Source: Takakia lepidozioides
Taxonomy: Eukaryota; Plantae; Bryophyta
Direction of reading: 5' to 3'
DNA: 64,000 nt
Assembly (NCBI GenBank): GCA_030704615.1
Contig: CM060731.1
Span: 10,850,001-10,914,000 of the forward strand
Under the pieces are notes generated by a model, which saw only the letters and a program-made list of their open reading frames with translations, did no database searches and was not told the origin of the DNA. Made by a program: the position numbers and the translations under genes. Below are positions 1 to 13,271 of this stretch, piece by piece. Numbering within the stretch: the first letter of the stretch is position 1; every line of letters starts with the position of its first letter.

Positions 1-899
1 GCTGAATAACACAATCAATCGCCGCATGGGTCTCGTTGGACTCCCAAAACTAGTTGTCAAAGAAATGAGGAATAATTTGTGTCAATACTGCGTACGATTT
101 TAAATGAGAAATGTCTGCTTCACTCATGGGGTTCTCTCCAGCAGTAAAAGAGCCTTGTCCACCAACTACTGCAAAAATCTCCTCCGCTTCCTAGACAATA
201 ACCTCAGTACAATTTGCAGGTACAACAAGAGCACTAAAGGTTCAACACCAATAACATGTATTGCACCTTCTACCTTGATTATGCATTTCTGAGCTACAAC
301 AAAAAGTCTTTGTGTGTGCTCAAATGCAGCAGACCAGCTGATATTATCCCAGTGATGATATATGTCAAGTTATTAACTGGTTGTCGTGTATATTTTGGAA
401 ATGGTATCAATGTCAAATTTGTTATATGGTCCCAAATATGGCATGATCTATTTTTGATGTAATATGTTGCGAGTGTCCATAGTTGTTTCTAAAGGGGAAT
501 GCAAATCCATGAGCGATGAGCAGAGAGAACATGAGCAAACTTTACGAACCTCACCCAAATAAAAAACCGAGTCAAAAAATGAGGTTTGATATTGGTTTGG
601 ATAAGATTTGGAACAATCCCATCCCAAAATGTCCAAGAAAAGAGCCAAAACACACATAATTACAATGTACAACTCCTCCAACTGTGGAAACAAGGATTGG
701 GTTAAAAAGTTATTCTAGCAACGACCGAAGGTCGAAAGCTAGTTTAGCATAGAGCAGATATAGGGTGCCATAGTGCCACGTCATCATCGCCACGTTTCGT
801 CGTCGCCACATCATCGTAGCCACGTCATCTTCGTCATTTTGTTTGGAATCTGCCCGGACATCCCGAAAAAACCAAAAATGAGTTCTCGAGCTGTCTCAA

Positions 900-3800
900 G
901 CTTCTCTGCGGATTTTCATGGAGGCCGCAATCGCAGGTGTGGCTTTTTCTTAATGCACGATGTGAAGTAGTTTGTCCATCCTGCACATGCGGGCTCTTGG
1001 CTCCTGTTAGTACCATGATTTTATATTCTTCCTGATTATGTTTACAAGGTTCTTGGGAGAGTCAGCTCGGTCTTAGCAGACCGTGTTTCAATCTATGCCT
1101 GCTCAGCTGCACTGTGGTGGTTCTCACAGACCAATCCAACATCACCTGACTACAAACACAAGCAGCACACAAGGGGTCCTTTTGGGTTGATGGTCAAATC
1201 CTCCATGGGTCATGCCACAAGGTCAAGGACAATGTGGTGAGGGCACCTTCTTCTTCGATCTATTTCAGCCTGTTTTGCCCTCTCATCAGACTCGGCCCTG
1301 AGATGCATATTGAATTTTCAAGGACAATGTGGTGATGGCACCTTCTTCTTCGACCTATTTTCAGCCTGTTTTTCCCTCTCATCAGACTCGGCCTTGAGGT
1401 GCATATTGAATTCTGTAAGTTAGCTCGTGTATCTGTGGTGGTTTGGAATGACTATGACAAGTAACTGCGGATGTGGCAACAGAAAAGTATCCAAAACAGA
1501 TCACGGGGATGAGGAGAAGCTTCAGTTTGTACACAGGCACGGATAGCTGAAGGACCAGGGGTAGAGGTCCAGATTCATCCAAGAGGGCCGGATTTCAAAC
1601 ACAAGATTACTTCTGATTCATGTGGATCCATAGCTACAAGAAATCTTCGTGGGTAGATGGTCAACTGGAAACAGCAGCGGTAGCTGCACAATTGATAGAA
1701 CAAGGCACTGCTAATGAAGGCACCTTTTTCAACACATTTCACCCTGTTTTTCCCTCTTGTCAGAATCGGCCCTAAATTTCCATGTTGAATTTTGCAAGTT
1801 AGCTGGTTGAGTGAATCTGGTTGGAGTGACTTTGACATGATACTGCCAATGTGACAACATGAAAGTATCCAAAAATAGGTAACAGAGATGAGGAGAAGGT
1901 GTGGAATGAATATTTGTTGACCCCAGTCAATGGTGGGACAACCGAGGTAGCAAGTTGAATGCCTGTTAGATGACAGAGAGTAGCAGACACAATTCAGCAT
2001 AGGAACTAGTGCGATTGGGTGTTTCCTAGGCTGTCATTGTCAGCTACTAGCAGCAAGGGCAAAGATGAATGCATGATTTGTGTAGAGGCATGGATAGCTG
2101 AAGGAGAAGGGATAGAGTGTGGGTCCAGATTCATCCAAGAGGGCCAGATTTCAAGCACAAGATTACGTATGATTCCCCATGGATCAATAGCTACAAGAAA
2201 CCTGCATGCGTAGATGGTCAACTAAAGGCAACAGCTGCAGCGACACAGTTGATAAAATCAGGGACCTCAACCATGATCACAGCTTCTGGAAGAGGATCAA
2301 GAGAGGGAGTCCACAATGCCTCTTCTGGCACTTCTGGGCATGTGAAGATGCTTTGTGAGGCAGACAGACTGAAAGAGGCTCTACACACTTTAAACCAAGG
2401 AGGCATTTCAGCAGATTTAGATAAGTATGTCTGTCTCTTGCTTAAGTGCATCAAGATTGAAGCTGGAAAGCAGGTGCACACTCACATTATCCAAAGTGGA
2501 TTCACGCCAAATGTTTTTCTACTCAATACCCTTGTCAACATGTATGTTAAGTGCGGGAGCATCATGGACGTGGTATGGAGGCTTTGGAGACCTATGATCA
2601 CATGATGGGGGAAGGGGTGAAGCCTGACCACATCACGTTTCTCTGCATTTGCAATGCGTGTGCAAGCCTGGCAGCCCTGGAAAATGGCAAAGAGGTCCAT
2701 GGTGACATGGTGAGAGCTGTAGTTGTACCAAATGTCATTATGAACAATACCCTCGTGGACATGTATGAAGGGAGTGTTTGACAGTATGGCTGAACGAGAT
2801 GTGGTGTCGTGGAGTGCGATGATTGCAGGCTATGCACAGCAAGGGCACGGGATGGAGGCTTTGGAGACCTATGAGCAAATGATGTGCGAAGGGGGTGAAA
2901 ACCAACCACATCACATTTGTTTGTGTTTGCAATGCGTGTGCAAGCCTGGGAGCTCTGGAAAAGGGGAAAGAGGTCCATGGTGACATCGTCAAAGCTGGAA
3001 TTGTACCAGATGTCATCCTGAGCACTGCCCTGGTGGACATGTATGCCAAATGTGGGTGCATTAAGGATGCGAAAGGAGTTAATTTCAACACTATGGCTGA
3101 ACGAGATGTGGTGTCGTGGAACGCGATGCTTGCAGGGGTATGGCCCAGCAGGGGTGTGGGATGGAGGCTTTGGAGACCTATGAGCAAATGATGGGGGAAG
3201 AGGTGTAGCCCAACCACATCACGTTTGTGTGCGTTTGCAGTGCGTGTGCAAGCCTGGCAGCCCTGGAAAAGGGCAAAGAGGTGCATGGTTGCATGTATGC
3301 CAAATGTGGGAGCATTGAAGATGCGGAGGGAGTGTTCAACAGTATGGCTGAACGAGATTTGGTGTCATGGAACGCCATGCTTGCAGGATATGCACAATAG
3401 GGGCGCGGGATCGAGGCCTTGGAGACCTATGAGCAAATGATGGGGGAAGTGGTGAAGTGCAACCACATCACGTTTGTGTGCGTTTGCAATGCTCGTGCAA
3501 GCCTGGCAGCCCTGGAAAAGGGCAAAGGGTGCATGGTGATCATCAAAGCTGGAATTGTACCGAATGTCATTCTGGACACTGCCCTGGTGGACATGTATGT
3601 GTAATGTGGGTGCATTGAGGATGCAAAGGGAGTATTTGACAATGTGGCTGAATGAAATGTGGTGTCGTGGAATGCGATGATCGCAAGATATGCCCAGCGT
3701 GGTTGTCATAGGGAGGTCCTACAACTATTTGAGGGAATGCAAAAGAACGGCTTGAAGCCGGACAATATCACCTTTATATGTGTTCTCTCTCCATGTAGCC

Positions 3801-4504
3801 ACACTGGCCTACTCAATGAAGGAAGACGCTACTTCAATTCCCTGAGTCAAGATCATGGTGTCACCCTGCCAGTAAAGCACTTGGCTGCATGGTGGACCTT
3901 GTGGACGTGCGGGACAACTACATGAGGACCTGATTAATAAAATGCCAATCAATCCAGATGTTGTGGTGTGGAAGGCCTTGCTTGGTGCCTGCAGAATCCA
4001 TGGCAATGTGGAGATGGTTGAATGTGTGGCAACATCTATCCTAAAGTGAGATGAATAGGATGCCGCGACTTATGTGTTGCTATATCAAACATCTATATTG
4101 CTGCAGCTAGCAGGTGGGATGATACTGCAAAGGTGAGAAGAATGATGAAGGTCAGAGGGGTTAGAAAGGAGCCAGATGACAAGTTGCATCCCAGAATTAA
4201 GGAAATCCATGCTGAGTTGAGAAGATTGTCTGGGCAGATGAAGGAGGCGGGGTATGTGCCTGATACACGCTTTCTATTGCATGATAAGGAGGAAAGGAAT
4301 TTTCTCTTTGCCACCACAATGAGAAGCTGGCCATTGGTTTTGGGCTGATCACCACGACTCATCAAGAATCTTTGAGTGTGTGGAGACTGCCACACCTCCA
4401 CCAAATTCATCTCAAAGATTGTTGGCTGAGCAATAGTTGTATGGACGTTAACTACTTTCCACCACTTTGAAGATGGGATTAGTTCTTGTGGTGATTACTG
4501 GTGA
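900..4504 (+). pseudogene. PLS-class PPR-E/E+-DYW editing-factor pseudogene with N-terminal OSB-like PDF motifs
   Basis: PDF motif pieces: TNPTSPDYKHK (~1130), IHPRGPDFKHKIT (1573 and 2129), DPSQWWDNRGSK (~1919-1954). P/L/S repeats ([39 protein letters not shown]) at ~2340-3900. E motif PDVVVWKALLGACRIHGN. DYW domain HPRIKEI..AGYVPDT..CHHNEKLAIGFGL..VCGDCH..HHFEDGISSCGDYW, stop at 4502-4504. Many frameshifts and stops. Confidence 0.9.
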
Positions 4505-5321
4505 AAGGATGTTTTCTTGGAAAGATGCTAGTGTCTTGCTTCATTCATTGATCTGTGTAGCTACTCAGACCATCCACCATTTCCTGAGAGTACTGACCAT
4601 CATGTACTGTTGAATGCAAGATGCAAGTGTCTTGCTTCATTCATTGATCTGTGTAGCTACTCAGACCATCCACCATTTCTTGATAGTGGGGTCTACCCGG
4701 CATAGGTGGGAAGTCAGCCCACAATTGCACTTGACTAAAGGGGTGATTTTTTGACTGATTCTGGTGGTAGTGGATGGAAATCAGAGTGCTGTCCTAGTCT
4801 GGGTTAGGGTGGTGGGAGCTTCTCCAAAGCTTGAAAATGGAAGTGAATACGAATTTTAATGAGCTTGATGAGAGGGGCAGCCCTGTGCACAAGTTTGTTC
4901 AGCATCATAAATTTGGACATGTTTGTTTGTTTCTTGTGGTGTGGCTTTGGATGGAGCCCTTGACGAACTTGCATGAATATTGTCAAAAGCTAGCCTTAAC
5001 CCACCAAGATCCAATACCATGGTGGATGCTTGAAAGTTCATGTAGTGCATGTAAGGGTATTTGGGTATGTTGTTATTGATTGATGTGGATTGTGAAAATT
5101 GAACTTTGAAATGCAGATCCGCCATTTTTCTTCCAGAGAAAAACAAAACACTGGATCTCTGCATGTAACACCGTGGGGATGACCCACCCCTTTTTTGTGA
5201 AAAATTGAATGTAGTTCTCAGAATTCGTCGCGAGTAGTGCGGAGCAACACGAAGCCCTAGTTTATTAAAAATAAATTGTAAATCAGCGGCCACTTATCTA
5301 TAGCTGATAGTAGACACAATA

Positions 5322-5415
5322 TTAATTATGGCCAAGTTGGTCTAAGGCGCCAGTTTCAGGTACCGGTCCAAAAGGGCGTGGGTTTTCGGGCGTGGGTTCA
5401 AATCCCATGTTGACA
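5322..5415 (+). tRNA. tRNA-Leu(CAG) pseudogene
   Basis: ATGGCCAAGTTGGTCTAAGGCG D-arm, anticodon loop TT-CAG-GT, long variable arm, GGTTCAAATCCC T-loop, then a T-run. GGGCGTGGGTT is internally duplicated and the acceptor stem is damaged. Confidence 0.8.
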
Positions 5416-5876
5416 ACCTTTTTCTCCAATGTTTACAGACAAATTCTGAAACTGTGTAGGAGCAAGGAACCGCTCTAAAGTGCATGAGCCAAGAACCAGC
5501 ATTGATACTCATGAATGATACCAGTGTTGAAAGTCATGCCTGAGAGCACCCACTCCAACCTTGTAATTGCTCCAAAGAGCTGACTATGAAGCCTTGTCTA
5601 CTCACAGCATAGAGCATGTGGTCTAACTCGATACTACTGTCTTTCAGCTCCCAGTCCATCATCCAGGAAGACAGAAGGGGCTTGGCAGGAAAGATTATCA
5701 TGTTTTAGCCATGTCGAAGCAGGGGTATGGCATTAATTGCTAGTTATTACACAACACATGACATTGAGATTCCGTGAAAAGATACACCTGCACCCATATG
5801 CTCACTCCCTTTGTTCAACACCCCTTTTGAATGTTGTACACATCCATATTAGTCAAAGCTGAATTGTTGATTAAAA

Positions 5877-6240
5877 CTAGGCCACATGCTCGGCCAAGGT
5901 CAAGATTTTCACATACTTCCGCTGACGCAGCTCATGAGGAACTGGCCCGAAAATGCGGGTTCCTAGAGGCTCACCCTGCTTATTGACTAAGACAACGGCA
6001 TTCCCATCGAACTTAATCTCGCTCCCATGCCTTTGCATTGCAGTTCTCACTATAACGCAGTTGACCACCTCTCCTTTCTTCACCTTGCCCCTGGGGACAA
6101 CATCTTTCACAGAGGCTATGATAAGGTCCCCAAGCCGGTCAGTCCTGCCTCCCCGTAAAACTTGGATGCATTGGACACGTTTTGCACCTGAATGTCTGCA
6201 ACCATCAGGCTTGACTGCAATTGAATAAATGTCCGCCGTT
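5877..6240 (-). pseudogene. rpl14: Nuclear-encoded mitochondrial ribosomal protein L14 (HLL/HLP-like), probably pseudogenised
   Basis: [59 protein letters not shown]. The upstream [16 protein letters not shown] lies in another frame (1-nt loss in DNSGAK at ~6193), and there is a short deletion before GSEIKF. Confidence 0.85.
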
Positions 6241-7249
6241 GCTGCACACGAGTCCATGAATGCTACAGAAATTAGTTTCATTACTCCTCCATTCGCTCCT
6301 AATGCGACAATATCTCTCTCTTTCATGAACTGCTTATTTCTTCCTTTCACCTGGTTATGGACTGGACTTACTGACCGGATATGGGCCCCAAGACAAAAGT
6401 AGGAACAAAAACAGAGGTCCTTGCATTGTCAAAGGAGAGGAGGCCGAGGAGCATACCTGGAGATGGACAGGAGGAGAGCATGATGTGACAAGATCCATAC
6501 CAAGCCAGTGCATGAGCCTATTTTGTAAAGATGAAAATAGATTATGCTGTGACCTGTATGTTCCCTGTGTTGCTCTGTGCCCTGCAAAACACCCCCATCA
6601 TCCATTGCCATGGTTCATATAGCTGTGATATATCACTGATTAGGCGTCAGTGTGGCAGTGCCTGGGATTATAGATACCAGTTACAAGGTGAGGGATTTTT
6701 TGATGCAAAGAAACCACAACAGAGATGACTACTGGGTGCATAGAAGTCATCACTTACCAAATAGAGAGAGAGGCAGATAAGACAAGACAATACATTTTCC
6801 ATCTCATGAGTTGACACCCAGTTCCGATTGGGAGCATGCTGATAGCTACTCCGTGGCCTCCAAAACTTTCAGCAGAAAACTGCTAACCCTGAAAAACTGT
6901 GTCCCCAGTTTGTGCAAAGGAAATGAAGGAGAATCCCGCCCCAGGCTTTCCTTCCTTCACAGTCACAGCTGCAATGCCCTGACACAACCACAACAAGCAA
7001 CCAAACCAACCCAACAACGTCAATCAAGTTGCTCCTGAAGGTCCCATCTAATGAACACATCCTGAGCAGACAACCCCGGAGCCATAATACATACTGATTT
7101 GCGCAGTCTAATTCACGATTATGTCATTAACAACCACATGAGCATAGCTCCTTGGATTGAGTGAGTACTGTTCCTTAGCACTTTCTGGCAAGTTTGCATG
7201 TGTATGAATTTCATTTCATGGTGGACAGTGACAGTTAATTTACAAAATT

Positions 7250-8192
7250 TGTGCTCTCGATTGCAGGAAGTATGAAAAAGCCCAAGCAGATGTGGAATCA
7301 GGTCGGTCTGCTTTTTGGGGAGAGGTACTTGGCAACGTGGAGCCTAGTCACAACGTTGAGAACACAAAATATCCTATGCAATTGCAATTACTGCCTCCTT
7401 TTCAATCTTGGTTGGCTCAGGCTACAGAAGATGATGTGGCTGCAGGAATGAGGGACGATGAGGCGCTCTTGGAGGAAGTGATTGATCTGTCAAGACCCCC
7501 GTCTGTGAGTGCAGTGTCATTCAAGGGACTGAGTGCGTATGGGAACCACTACAGGGCCAACACAGTTTAATCTAACTAGTTGGTCACATATGACAGTGGG
7601 GTGAGTTCTATGTTTGAACATGAGGACTATCAAGTGTGCTATGTAGGCATTGTGAAGGAAACATTACAAGTGGAGTATGACAAAACTAAAGTTGTCATCT
7701 TCATTTGTGGGTGGGTTTGTGCAAAAACTGTGGGGAGGAATGCCTCCATGAAGAAGGATGAGTTTGGGTTTACCCTGGTTAATTTCAAACACATGTTACC
7801 GGCTAATGATCAACCCTGCTTGTTTCCATCACAAGCTGAACAGGTTTTTTTTTTCAGATTGTGTGCAAGAAAAAGGATGGAAGGTTGTGTTGGAGAAGAA
7901 TCCAAGATCGCTGAGAGTGGTGCATGATGTGTCAACTTCACTATCGGACAATACAGATAGCAGTGGCATGTCAGCTCCCATTCGGCTCATTGATGACATT
8001 CGAATTGGTGGACAACCATGTACTCGCCCTATCCTTTCAGTAGAGGTCACTGAAAAAGCCATGGAAGCTCTGTTCAAGACCCCCATTGGGAATACAAAGG
8101 TGCCTGCACAAGAAAATGATGAAGCAAACTATGAGGAACATTCAACTTCAAGCAGTGAGGATGAAGACAATCTACCTGATATAGACTTGTAG
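7250..8192 (+). mobile_element. CACTA/En-Spm transposase C-terminal (DUF4216-like) remnant
   Basis: YGNHYR..TYDSGVSSMF..YVGIVKETLQVEY..VIFICGWV..KDEFGFTLVNF..FPSQAEQVFF/SD..GWKVVL, with a stop and a frameshift. Confidence 0.75.
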
Positions 8193-10029
8193 TTAGTTGA
8201 CGCCCTTGACGGTTGTGGTCTCCAAGCTCTCTCAGCTTTGCTTCATAGATGATTCTCTGCATGCAAGTGAATCCTTATGTGAAGGTAAGTCCCTGTTGGC
8301 ATAAGCTCGTGTTTGTTTGTCGTCTTGGTATTTGGAGCCGCCAATTCGATTGGGGATAATTTTACCTTCTGGGAGATAGTGGCCTGTCATACTGGGGGGG
8401 GAAACTGAGCAGCAGCTGCTGGACTGTACAACACTTGAAACTGTTCTTTTGACTCTGACCTATCTGGTTGGCCATTCAGTGACTTGCAGATATTATCCTT
8501 CTATGCAATCTTGTTTCCCCATTTGCTATTGCTCTGTGGTTTTGCGATTAAAAATTCAATTAGGAGAATGGTTGCCAATTATTCCTCACACATGGTTATT
8601 CTCGGTGTTCAATGCTCCGTGATTTGGTCGGACTACTGACAATCATATTCTATCAACAGTGTTTGTGCCATCTATATTTTGAGTTCATTTATTTTGTTCA
8701 ATATACATGCACACAGTTCTGATACACTAGCAACAATAGAATGTAGTGTGAAAAGAATGGGGCATAAATCCCCTTCTGTGTAATTCTAACTGTACTTCTT
8801 CCAGTAAAAAGAACAACCTAGTAATCTACCAGCGGTACACGGTTATGGGTTTCCCTCCTATCGTTCATGATCAAAGTTCATAAATCCTCATCCACGCCGC
8901 AGCGGAAGAGAAAACATGGATGGGGATTGAATCCTTCTTGTTCATGATTTACACAATCTTTATACAATTGCAGCACCAATGGTGCTGCTGTGATGTTTTC
9001 AGTGATACAACCAGCCCTATGACGGAGCTAAATGCGACCCATGTGGGCATCACCCTCGAGCAACACACGTCGAAACCCCTTTTGTAATGAGATCACTGAT
9101 AAGAGGAAGGCAACTCAGATCTGCCATGAATTACAGGCCTAGTGATTCTCTGCAGATGTCATGGTTTTTCCTCTATCTCCCAGTTAACCACCCCTTATCA
9201 CCCCTTTTACTGAGCAGCTCTCTCCCTTCCCAAACCTTTTCTCTCTCCTTCCTACTGTAAAATTCCCTGGCTCATTTTCTTCCAACCAGCAGCCTATCTA
9301 CATGCAATGCAAACACATTCAGCCATGTATCCAGTGAATCCAGCCTTGAAATCAAACCTTGGTCACACAAGACATGATCAGCTCTTCCATCAGTCTTTCT
9401 CTCACCCAAAACAGACCCTTCACACTGTTTGCCTCCAGGGACAACCCAGTTTGTCAGTCAGTTCCCAACCCATCTACAGATCTGCATCTAATCACCCCAA
9501 CAGCTCACTTTTGCCCTTTCAGATTTGAACCACAGAGTTCAAATGCTGAGTCCACTCTGAACCAGTTCTAAACTCCACATCAGTGTCAGTTTGCAGCCAC
9601 ATCCACCTCTTTCTCTTTCTGATTTCAAAGAGGTTACAGCTAACCCTCACTAGTGCTCACATCAACTACACTGGATTGCATTACATCTAATCATCAAAAT
9701 CCCAGAGCCGCATTGTATGCAGATTCATGATACTGAAGCCAAAGGAACAAAAACAAAACAAACAGCAAGCATTCTGTCACTGTGGGTGAACTACATCTGC
9801 CCTCAATCAACACTCCTACAGACATGTGCATCAGATCCATTCATCTCCACCCCATCCTGGTTTGAAGTCCAGAGTCCCCATTCCATTTCTCAAAGTCTTT
9901 TTTCTGTCCTCATCATGCTCTCAGTTTGAGAGTCTCTTGCAAAATTTTACAACAACGATTCCTAAGTGCCAAAAAAAAGAAGCCTGATATCTACGATTTT
10001 ATCTGTCTTATACTCCAGGTGAAGCGGTG

Positions 10030-10225
10030 GGTCTGCCTGCCCAAAATGGCACCTCACCATCTCCGTCAGTAGCTACCTTCACTCCTCTTGTCATCTGGAT
10101 TTGACGATTCCAGCGTTCATTAAGTCATGACGGCCCTGCTTTGTCAGCAGATATTTCGTTGATGGGGGCGCAGGATTTGGAGCGGGTTGGCTCCATTGAT
10201 CTGGTAGTGGCAGGTTGGTCGCGTT
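10030..10225 (+). mobile_element. N-terminal fragment of a C5 cytosine methyltransferase (up to motif IV)
   Basis: 10135-10225 reads PALSADISLMGAQDLERVGSIDLVVAGW(S)(R), a decayed DLVxAGWPC motif IV. Confidence 0.7.
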
Positions 10226-11842
10226 CCATGCTCTCGGCTCTATACTAAGAAAACGCGCAGGAGACCAAAAAGAAAAGCCAAAATGAGGCTAAGTCCCAGT
10301 CCTCTAATGGGCAACCCTACAAACAACTTTTTGAATTTTTAACCTTTTGGCTACCAAGCTTGCACTAGAAGTCATTCCGGCGACTGTTGGTGGTAAGCTT
10401 GCGCTGGTCAATCATCGTTGACCGCCCTTCCGTCTCGTGCGGAGCCATGCAGTCATGACGACGTCTACCAACGTAGTTGCTCAGAGGACTACGTAGTCAC
10501 ATAGTCATTTCAACGACTACGTGAAGCCCCATTTGATCCAAAAATACATGGAAGTCATGGTCAAAGTCAGGAAAACCATGACTGTCGTGGCCTGGCAGTC
10601 AAATATACCGCATTCTGTTGTAGTGGAACCACTCTCTCTGCCAAGCCATTGGCCTCAGGATGATCCCGAGAAGTGGTACGGTGGTCTATCAAGGCTTTAT
10701 CACACAAAGCCTGAAACTCCCCCAAGAACTCTCTCCCTTGGTCCGTGAGTACCTCAGCTGGAGCACCAAATCGGCTAAGCACACGATCCAAGAATGCATA
10801 CGCAGCCCCCCTCACTAGCATTGTCAGGCAGTGGAACCAACTCATCCACTTGGAGAAGTGCTTCACCATTACCAACACATATCTGTGGTGGCGTATAGTC
10901 AGTGGCAACGGCCTTGCGAAATCAAGACTCCACCTATAACCCAATCCTATGATGGGTAAATGATGCAACTGTGGTATATGGGCGCTGAATGAGGCACGCA
11001 CCCTGTCACACACCATGCACCTAGCCACAGACTGTTGCACCTCTGTGTGCATACCACGCCACCAATACTGCCCCTGCAGTAGACCATGAGTGCGTCGCAC
11101 TCCAGAATGCCCCAACTCCTTATGGGCATGTCGCATTAACCATGCACGCTGTGTTGGGTGAGGCACAATCCTCACCCGACCATCCTCCCACACTCGAAGC
11201 AGGTGTATCCCCTCCCACTTGAACCTCTTGGTTTGTTGCAGGATCCGATCCCTCTCCTTGGCAGTCACACTAGTTGCCGTGTCTCCAGTGCGGAGGTAGT
11301 CCATCACAACCAAATCCTCATGTATATCTCTAGCACCACCTGACTCATCACTAGCCTCAGGGTCCTCAGACACTCCATCTACAGTCATCCCTGTTGTAGG
11401 TCCAACCTGACCTCTCGATGCCAAGATACACAAAAAAACAGATGCATGTCATCCCGGCACCATCTCCTCATCCGTCCCACCATGCCACCGAGCTCCAGTG
11501 TCATCCTGCTGGCTCGTGCATGGATTGCGACTCAATCCATCCACATCCCTATTGACCAAACCCGGTCGATGCACAACCTGAAAATCATACTCTTGGAGTA
11601 TAAGTGCCCACCGTGCAAGCTTCCCCATAAGCTTGTCTGACTCCATCAACCACTTGAGTGGCTAGTGATCCGTGACAAAGGTGAAGAGATCGTCATATAG
11701 ATAGCACCTGAAGTGTGCCACAGCCCACACTGCAGTTAAGCACTCTCCCTCATATGAGCTATACTTAGTCTCTGCAGCGTTGTTCGAGCGGCTAGCATAA
11801 GCCACTACGAACTCTCTTCCCTCATCATCCACCTGTGTGAGA

Positions 11843-12135
11843 TTTCATATGTGTATAGTTACTGATGTCCATGGCTCAGAGGCCAAACTAGAGGATTTGG
11901 AGAGACATGTGCAGTAAGTTGTAGGCTGAACTTTTCGGGGTCTAAAACTTGTAATTTGTTTGCCATTTGGAGGCTCTCTTTGCTCAAGTTTATGTTCGCA
12001 TGGTGGGATGAATTTGCCAGGTCTATATCGCTACCGCGTTGGGGATGTTGTGAGGGTAAAGAGCTTCAGAAACACAACACCAATCTTGGAATTCGTCCGC
12101 AGAAAGAATGTGCTTCTCAGCATCAACTCTGACAA
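11843..12135 (+). pseudogene. GH3: GH3 acyl-acid amido synthetase gene fragment (intron end plus exon) inside the gypsy pol
   Basis: After ttgccag, 12021-12135 reads [38 protein letters not shown]. It replaces the start of RNase H between TSAPIL and LTQVDDEGREFVVAYAS. Confidence 0.85.
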
Positions 12136-13271
12136 TAGGCTCAAGATGGGCGCCGAGGTCAACCTCGCCTTGAGCTCCTGAAAAGCTCGCTCTTGCTCAT
12201 CTTCCCACTGCCACTCCTGGTCTACCTTGGTCAGCTTGGTTAGAGCCTTTGCAATAGCACTAAATCCCTTGACAAACCGTCTATAGTAGTTTGCCAACCC
12301 CATGAAAGCTCGAACTCGGCTCACATCCGTGGGGCGTGGAATTTGTGTGATGGCCTCTACCTTAGTCTGTTGTACCCCTAATCCTCGAGGATATATCATG
12401 TGACCAAGATACTCAATTTGGTTGTGGAAGAACTTGCACTTCCCCCGATGTAATTTCAATCCGTGCGCTCTCAAGCGCTCAAACACCACCTGAAGGTGTC
12501 TCTCGTGCTTCTCCACTGTAGCACTAAAGATACTGATGTCATCTATGTAACACCGAGCAAACTCTACCCCTGCTAGAATCCTGTCCATGACTCTCTGGAA
12601 CTCTGCAGGAGCGTTCTTAAGCCCGAATGGTAAGAACCGCCACTGATATAGGCAATCCTTCCCGTGCTCATTGATCCCCCAGAATGTCGTCTTCTGCTTG
12701 TCGGCCTCCTTGATCAGCAATTGGTGATATCCGGACCGCAAGTCCAAAGTGCTAAAGACATTGGCATACTCTCCTCTGGTGTGGGCATGGCATACTTATC
12801 GGACTTGGTCTGACAATTTATAGGTCGGTAATCACCGCACATACGTCTCTCTGTCCCATTGCCATAGACATCATTCTTGGCTGGCATCACTGTGGCTGAA
12901 GCATACCCTCCACCAGAGAGCTCCACCAAACTAGTCTCCCAGCAAAGCAATTCCTGTTAGCCCTCAGGAACCGCCGTATACATCGTCTCTCTCCTCCAGT
13001 GACAATGGGTCCAATATCAGGCTCCCAATTGTCCTCCGTAACTGCAACCTTAAGTCCAGCAGACTTAGAGGTAGGAGACGCGTCCCGTGGTTGCTATACT
13101 GCAACCTCTTGAGCAGTACTCTCTGCCTGCTCAGTCAATGACAAGGCCTCATGCTGCCCCATCAACTCATCCTTGAAGACCTCCTCAACCCGAGAAGAAT
13201 CCCCAACCTCATCTATCACTGCCGCCTTGGCTGCCAACTCCCTCTGAACCTCGAGCACCTCCTACGTGTGC

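Noticed and set aside
4370-4432. TGA at conserved Arg codons of the DYW domain as U-to-C editing sites
   Set aside because: This is a nuclear gene with many frameshifts. CGA>TGA fits methyl-CpG decay.
4530-4680. ~52-bp direct repeat after the DYW stop
   Set aside because: Ordinary local duplication with no sign of function.
6400-7100. Possible membrane-protein gene remnant on the minus strand
   Set aside because: No family motif recognised.
8715-9300. Possible PBS/LTR of the MTase element
   Set aside because: Only a degenerate TCTGATAC and no partner LTR in the window.
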